This document shows positions 58,560 through 63,597 of a DNA stretch of 63,597 nt, one piece after another. Under the pieces are notes generated by a model, which was given only the letters and a program-made list of their open reading frames with translations, was not told the origin of the DNA and made no database searches. The position numbers were made by a program, and so were the translations under genes. The DNA is taken from positions 62,001-125,597 of the IMG/VR virus record IMGVR_UViG_3300025087_000039. The stretch is one strand, 5' to 3'. This DNA comes from an uncultured virus (IMG/VR IMGVR_UViG_3300025087_000039). Lineage: Duplodnaviria; Heunggongvirae; Uroviricota; Caudoviricetes. The first letter of the stretch is position 1. Each line of letters begins with the position of its first letter.

Positions 58560-58942
58560 GTGATAATTTTAAAGATACTTTAAAATTAATTTCAATTGAA
58601 AAATCTATTGAAAGATTGGTTAACAAAAAAGAAAAATGTATTAAAAAAATTATAGAAGAATGGAAAGAAATTGTTTGGCTTTATTTAGAAGAAACTAATC
58701 CTGGACATTTTGAAGGACATAAAAAATCTTTTGGAAGAAATTCAAGAAAATTTGATGAGTATAAAGAAGGAGTTTTAAAACATTTAGAATTTGAAAAGAT
58801 AAATATGAAATATAATCAAATAGTTTTTAAAATTGGCGTAGACCATAAGGAATTAATATTTTTGAATCTAAGACTTATATATTTTAGACACATGACTCGA
58901 GAAGAATTAAAAGCAGAATTCAGAAGGTATATAAAAGATTAA
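58556..58942 (+). CDS. hypothetical protein
   Basis: 128 aa; its 3' end is duplicated downstream. Confidence 0.6.
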   Translation: MSDNFKDTLKLISIEKSIERLVNKKEKCIKKIIEEWKEIVWLYLEETNPGHFEGHKKSFGRNSRKFDEYKEGVLKHLEFEKINMKYNQIVFKIGVDHKELIFLNLRLIYFRHMTREELKAEFRRYIKD

Positions 58943-58986
58943 TATGAAAATTGATAATGTATGGTATATAAATGAGGAAAAATATA
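58869..58986 (+). repeat. 118 bp direct repeat, copy 1
   Basis: TAAGACTTATATATTTTAGACAC...GAGGAAAAATATA matches 59438-59555 with 5 mismatches. Confidence 0.95.
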
Positions 58987-59002
58987 TGATAAGGAGAGAG
59001 TT

Positions 59003-59413
59003 ATGAAAACATACGCGGTGGATAGTGATATGAACTATTTTCAGAAAGAAGTCTCTCTAAAGAAAATTCCTCTTAGTGAAGATTTCATGGTTATTTTCAA
59101 AGGAGAAATTAAAGAATTTCCTACTATTGAGTATCATCTTTCGACTCTTGAAGATGATAAAGAAAATATCATTCACGGTCTTGGTTTAATAATTGATAGA
59201 TCTGGAGACAAACACTTAGGAAATTGTTCTGTGTACATTCCGGCGGAAGCCATGAAATTTATTTTTCAATGGATTGAATGGGAAAAAGAAATTCTTCATA
59301 GAGATGAAATAATTAAAGATTTAAAAAAGAAAATAGAATTTTTGGAAAATATCATTCAATCTAACAAAAATCCAGAAATCTACTATACTCATAATATTGA
59401 GAGTGAGAAGTGA
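59003..59413 (+). CDS. hypothetical protein between the direct repeats
   Basis: 136 aa, AAGGAG RBS. Confidence 0.65.
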   Translation: MKTYAVDSDMNYFQKEVSLKKIPLSEDFMVIFKGEIKEFPTIEYHLSTLEDDKENIIHGLGLIIDRSGDKHLGNCSVYIPAEAMKFIFQWIEWEKEILHRDEIIKDLKKKIEFLENIIQSNKNPEIYYTHNIESEK

Positions 59414-59437
59414 AAAATAAAAAAGTAAAATATGGTT

Positions 59438-59555
59438 TAAGACTTATATATTTTAGACACATGACTTCTGAAGAATTAAAAGAAGAATTCAGAAGGTACA
59501 TAAAAGATTAATATGAAAATTGATAATGTATGGTATATAAATGAGGAAAAATATA
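59438..59555 (+). repeat. 118 bp direct repeat, copy 2
   Basis: matches 58869-58986. Confidence 0.95.
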
Positions 59556-59851
59556 AAGATTACTCCGAAAAATTAATTTTATATGAAAGAAAATTATTAG
59601 TTAAAGACCGTGACCTTCATGAAAGCATTAATGCGCTTAAAAAATATCCCATAGAAAAGAAAGAAATAAAAATTAATAAAACATTACTTTTATTTTGGAT
59701 GTTAAGTTCTATCTCAGCATTTATTATATCGGCTTTTTTGAATGATTTTTGGATATTGACATTTTCATTTATTTTATCATTATCTTTATTTTGGCATTGG
59801 TTTCCTAAATTTTTCAATAAATCTAAAAAATATATTACGTTTAAATTTTGA
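59513..59851 (+). CDS. membrane protein (two C-terminal TM helices)
   Basis: 112 aa; hydrophobic C-terminal hairpin. Confidence 0.6.
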   Translation: MKIDNVWYINEEKYKDYSEKLILYERKLLVKDRDLHESINALKKYPIEKKEIKINKTLLLFWMLSSISAFIISAFLNDFWILTFSFILSLSLFWHWFPKFFNKSKKYITFKF

Positions 59852-59901
59852 TTTATGAAATTTTTAACATTCTAAAAAGATTGTAGAAAAAAGAGGAGAT
59901 A

Positions 59902-60423
59902 ATGAATAAATATAAAATCTGTGAAAGTTGTGGTAGCACATTAGAATACAAACAAGATAAGCATTGTTATCTTGAATCTGGGTTAAATAAAATATATTTA
60001 AATAATGTTTTTGTTGCTAAATGCAAATATTGTACTGAAAAATATGTAAGTATAGGTTATATTACTGAATTACATAAAAAGATTTCTGAACTTTTAATTA
60101 AAAAATATTGGTCACTAACTGGGAATGAATTAAGATTTCTTAGAAAAAATATAAATTTTTCTACAACACTTTTGTCAACCTATATTGGAATCACAAATAA
60201 TCAAATTTTGGATTATGAAAAATCTAAAACTGAAATTCCTTTAATTTTAGATAGATTAATTAGGTGCCTTTCTATCATCATAAATAAATTTGAGGTTGAA
60301 AATATCAGAGATAAAGTTCTTAATGATATAGAAAATATAGATTCTGAAAAAGAAAGAGATGGTGAATTAAAAATCAATTTGACATATAATTTTTTAGAAA
60401 AAGACATGTGGACTGAAAGCTAG
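59902..60423 (+). CDS. MqsA-like antitoxin (zinc ribbon + Xre HTH), orphan
   Basis: CESCG..YLESGL..IYLNNV..CKYC; LTGNELRFLRKNI..LSTYIGI..ILDYEK. Confidence 0.78.
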   Translation: MNKYKICESCGSTLEYKQDKHCYLESGLNKIYLNNVFVAKCKYCTEKYVSIGYITELHKKISELLIKKYWSLTGNELRFLRKNINFSTTLLSTYIGITNNQILDYEKSKTEIPLILDRLIRCLSIIINKFEVENIRDKVLNDIENIDSEKERDGELKINLTYNFLEKDMWTES

Positions 60424-60436
60424 AAAGGCTATTCAT

Positions 60437-61411
60437 ATGATCTTGGAAGATATAGGGTTTTACACTCTTGAAGATGAAAGAGCAAAAACCTCAAATGAAA
60501 AAACTCCTTTATGGAGATGTGAATTGATTTTAACGGATCGATGTAATTTCAATTGTACTTATTGTCGTGGAATAAGAAAAGAAGATCAAGGTGATATTTC
60601 TCTTCAAGATGCAATTAAAATTATAGATCTTTGGACAGGGCAGGGATTGAGAAATGTCAGGTTTTCTGGCGGAGAACCCACCCTATGGGTAAATCTTCCT
60701 GAATTGATAAAATATTCAAAAACCAAAGGAATTAAGAGAATTGCTTTATCCACTAATGGTTCTAATGATCTTGACTTTTATCTTCATTTAATAGACTGTG
60801 GAATCAATGATTTTTCAATTTCATTAGATTCCTGTTGTTCAACAAATGGAGATAAAATTTCAGGAAATATTCAAGGGTCTTGGGAGAAGGTTATTTCGAA
60901 TATCAAAGAATTGTCTAAAAAGACTTATGTTACAATTGGAGTGGTTTTAACAAATGATAATATGAATGAAATTAACGAGATAATTAAATTTTCTTCATCA
61001 ATGAATGTTTCTGATATAAGGATTATAACCGCATCACAAAATAATTCTTTATTTGAAGATTTATTTATTGATGATATTATTTTAAATAAACATCCTATTT
61101 TAAAATATAGATATAATAATTTTAAAAATGGTCGAAGGGTTAGAGGGATAACGAGCGGAGATTATTATCGTTGTCCTTTAGTTTTGGATGATATGGCGGT
61201 ATTAAATGGACAACATTATCCCTGCATTATTTATCTTAGAGAACAAGGAAAGCCCATTGGGAAGGTTGGAGAAAATATGAGAGAAGAAAGAAAAAATTGG
61301 TTTGAAAATCATAGGACAGTTTTAGACCCAATTTGCAAGAAAAATTGTTTGGACGTTTATATAGATTTTAATAATAGATGGAAATTCTTTCACTCTTTTC
61401 AAGGAGAATAA
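60437..61411 (+). CDS. radical SAM protein (MoaA-like core)
   Basis: CNFNCTYC, FSGGEPT, STNG, SISLD, C-terminal CPL..PC..CKKNC. Confidence 0.9.
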   Translation: MILEDIGFYTLEDERAKTSNEKTPLWRCELILTDRCNFNCTYCRGIRKEDQGDISLQDAIKIIDLWTGQGLRNVRFSGGEPTLWVNLPELIKYSKTKGIKRIALSTNGSNDLDFYLHLIDCGINDFSISLDSCCSTNGDKISGNIQGSWEKVISNIKELSKKTYVTIGVVLTNDNMNEINEIIKFSSSMNVSDIRIITASQNNSLFEDLFIDDIILNKHPILKYRYNNFKNGRRVRGITSGDYYRCPLVLDDMAVLNGQHYPCIIYLREQGKPIGKVGENMREERKNWFENHRTVLDPICKKNCLDVYIDFNNRWKFFHSFQGE

Positions 61412-61414
61412 AAC

Positions 61415-61714
61415 ATGGAAAGAAAAATGGTTGATAAAAAGATTCCTGCATCTGATATTTTATATAATTCTTTAGGGGAGGCAATAAAAACTATAGAAGA
61501 ATGGCGAGATATGTATGGAGAAGAAGCTTATTTTGAAGTTGATCATGGAGAATATGGAATGGGTGAAACATTATATTTATGCTATAAAAGTTTAGAAACT
61601 GATGAAGAATTTGAAGAGAGAATTGAAAGAGAAAAAAAATATATAATAATTAATGAACATAGAGAAAAAGAAGAATATGAAAGACTGAAGAAAAAATATG
61701 AAGGAACAAAGTAA
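61415..61714 (+). CDS. 'ETDEEF' paralog family (copy 5)
   Basis: YG..KSLETDEEFEER...YERLKKKYE. Confidence 0.7.
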   Translation: MERKMVDKKIPASDILYNSLGEAIKTIEEWRDMYGEEAYFEVDHGEYGMGETLYLCYKSLETDEEFEERIEREKKYIIINEHREKEEYERLKKKYEGTK

Positions 61715-61762
61715 CATGAATAAAAAGATATATAAAACTAGAATCATGAAAAATATAATCTA

Positions 61763-61975
61763 ATGAAATTTATAAAAAGAGGAGTGAAAAAACAAATTCC
61801 TGAACTAAAAAAGGTCGATGATATTGTCAAACTTGAAGTTTCTAAAGATGTAAAGGTTAATGAAATTAGAGAAAACTATTTAAAAAAATTATCACACAAA
61901 TTTGTTATATTTTTTGATAATAAAGATATTTCAAAAGAACTTGTTATCAAAAGATATTTGGAACAAAAGATATAG
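61763..61975 (+). CDS. hypothetical protein
   Basis: 70 aa ORF. Confidence 0.45.
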   Translation: MKFIKRGVKKQIPELKKVDDIVKLEVSKDVKVNEIRENYLKKLSHKFVIFFDNKDISKELVIKRYLEQKI

Positions 61976-61986
61976 AAGAAATTTTT

Positions 61987-62334
61987 ATGGTATTAGAAGA
62001 GAAAAAATTTGATAGAGTACTTCAAATTGAATTTAGACAACTAGAAAGCGCAACTTATAAATGTTATTTAAGTTTTGATTTAGCTAAGGAACATTCAGTT
62101 TTTGATCATACGGATAATATATCTGTTTTCGTTGAAGGAGAATTATTAAACGAATTTCTTGTAGTAGATATTAATATTGAACATTGTATAATCTGTAGAT
62201 TTAGAGTTGACATGAAGCTCTTTTTAGATTTTTGGAAAAGCATTAATTATAAAACAGATATTAAATATCAAGATGTTAAAAAATGGAAATCTCAAATGGG
62301 GCAAACATCTGAAATAAAAGATGGAGATGAATAG
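61987..62334 (+). CDS. hypothetical protein
   Basis: 115 aa ORF. Confidence 0.55.
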   Translation: MVLEEKKFDRVLQIEFRQLESATYKCYLSFDLAKEHSVFDHTDNISVFVEGELLNEFLVVDINIEHCIICRFRVDMKLFLDFWKSINYKTDIKYQDVKKWKSQMGQTSEIKDGDE

Positions 62335-63496
62335 AATGGTCATATCCTATGCAAGGGATGTGTCTCATTGTGATATTTCCCCATATGTAAAAGAAGTTAC
62401 AATTTCTAAAATTATTCCTGCGGAGAATTCAGATAATTTAGAATGTATTATAGTTGAAGAAATGGGTTGGAGATTTATATCCCAAAAAGGACTTCATCAA
62501 ATTGGAAAAAAGGTATTTGTAATTCCAGCAGAATCAGTTCTTCCTGAAATTTTAGCAGAAGAGCTAAATATTACAAATTATCTATCCAGAGGAAAAGTGA
62601 AAGTCGTTAAATTAAGAGGAAATATTTCTGAAGGATTGATTGTTGATAAAGAAAAGGTTTTAAAATATTTACCATATATTATGAAATGGGAAGATCCACC
62701 TGAATTATTTATGGAGCAATTATTTCCTTCTGAAAAAAATACTTTAGTTGGAAAAATTTTAAGTTTTCATTTTAGAAGAAATGTTCCTAATATTTTTAAA
62801 CAGTTATTTCATGTTAATAATAATATCTTAAATGATACAACCCTATTAAAAGAAGGAGAGGAAATCAATTATTCAGAAAAAATACATGGAACTCAATTTA
62901 GATGTGGTCGTTTAGAAAATCCTAAATCTAAATCCTTTGAGGATTTTGTCGGGACACACAATTCAACTCTTTTTAACCCATATGATCCAATACCATTATG
63001 GCTTAAATATTTTGTTATATTTATAAACTTCATTAGAAAATTTATTTCTAAAAGAAAAGCTATTAATTTAGATTTGGAGCCATCTATTTATTGGAAGGTT
63101 TATTCTAAATTATTAAAAACTAAAATTGAACCTGGATTAGTTTATTATGGAGAATTATATGGTGGTAAAGTTCAACATTTAAATTATGGTTTAAAAATTG
63201 GGGAGGAAACAATTAGAATTTTTGCTATCAGAGATAAAAATAGATTATGGAGTCCTGAAGAAATTATAGAACATTGTAAAGAAAGGGAAATTCCTGTTGT
63301 TCAGATTCATACGACTACTTTTAAGTCAATCGATCAATTAAGAGAATTAGCCGATAGTCCATCAGAAATAACTAATAAACATCTTAGGGAAGGAATTGTT
63401 ATTATTCCAAAAAAATATTCAATCAGTTTTTCCAACTATATAAAATGTTTAGGGTTTTCTTATTTATCTTCTAAAAATAGAACTGAAAGGCATTAA
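62321..63496 (+). CDS. RNA ligase, DRB0094 family
   Basis: N-terminal OB-like IIPAENSDNLE..KLRGNISEGL; SEKIHGT, YGELYG, FAI, REGIVI. Confidence 0.85.
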   Translation: MEMNRMVISYARDVSHCDISPYVKEVTISKIIPAENSDNLECIIVEEMGWRFISQKGLHQIGKKVFVIPAESVLPEILAEELNITNYLSRGKVKVVKLRGNISEGLIVDKEKVLKYLPYIMKWEDPPELFMEQLFPSEKNTLVGKILSFHFRRNVPNIFKQLFHVNNNILNDTTLLKEGEEINYSEKIHGTQFRCGRLENPKSKSFEDFVGTHNSTLFNPYDPIPLWLKYFVIFINFIRKFISKRKAINLDLEPSIYWKVYSKLLKTKIEPGLVYYGELYGGKVQHLNYGLKIGEETIRIFAIRDKNRLWSPEEIIEHCKEREIPVVQIHTTTFKSIDQLRELADSPSEITNKHLREGIVIIPKKYSISFSNYIKCLGFSYLSSKNRTERH

Positions 63497-63499
63497 AAA

Positions 63500-63597
63500 A
63501 TGAATGATAAGGGATTTTTGATTTTTAATATCTTAGCATGTATTATATTTATAATTTTATTATTTATATTTAAAAGTTTATTCATATTTTTTATATG
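63500..63597 (+). CDS. 3'-partial hydrophobic ORF
   Basis: ATG at 63500, open to window end, MNDKGFLIFNILACIIFIILLFIF. Confidence 0.35.
   Translation, partial: MNDKGFLIFNILACIIFIILLFIFKSLFIFFI

Noticed and set aside
58869..59555. Transposon or IS with terminal repeats
   Set aside because: The repeats are direct copies of coding junction sequence, and the enclosed ORF has no transposase or integrase motifs
132..60407. Numerous 60-120 aa minus-strand ORFs
   Set aside because: All lie antisense to longer, motif-bearing + strand genes and show no recognisable motifs
60437..61411. Assigning this or the other radical SAM genes as queE or moaA
   Set aside because: Only generic CxxxCxxC and GGEP motifs are visible; they are not adjacent to queD/folE2 and carry extra C-terminal Cys clusters
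1..63597. Alternative genetic code (stop-codon reassignment)
   Set aside because: Genes are full length under the standard code, and TAA, TAG and TGA all end genes at sensible boundaries
1..63597. CRISPR array, tRNA or rRNA genes
   Set aside because: No regularly spaced repeats or cloverleaf-like sequences were noticed, and intergenic space is minimal; a tRNAscan run would be needed to be certain

Overview
Very AT-rich (roughly 25-30% GC by eye), gene-dense 63.6 kb segment in which essentially every real gene is on the + strand. Gene content fits a jumbo/large DNA bacteriophage rather than a cellular chromosome. It has two distinct multisubunit RNA polymerase beta'/beta sets with no alpha, sigma or ribosomal-protein neighbours, a two-subunit type IIA topoisomerase, SF2 helicase, Mre11/Rad50, ATP-dependent DNA ligase, two RNA ligases, QueD and FolE2, three radical SAM enzymes, macro and NADAR domains, and many small ORFans. 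The most striking element is an apparently complete phage-encoded ubiquitin-like conjugation locus at about 21.5-30.7 kb. It comprises two giant tandem E2-family-D-like proteins, a JAB/JAMM peptidase, a ThiF/E1, a Rho-N-fused ubiquitin-like protein in a sharp ~63% GC island, a second degenerate ThiF and a small HPN-motif E2-like ORF, and it runs directly into the second RNA polymerase operon. Other notable items: a beta' split inside the trigger loop, a small-protein family that flanks every radical SAM gene, a J-domain/kinase-vWA-PurA-like module, a frameshifted pyrimidine-dimer glycosylase missed by the ORF track, a phage-borne prepilin, and a 118-bp direct repeat around an inserted gene. 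All assignments are from motif recognition only; no database searches were run.
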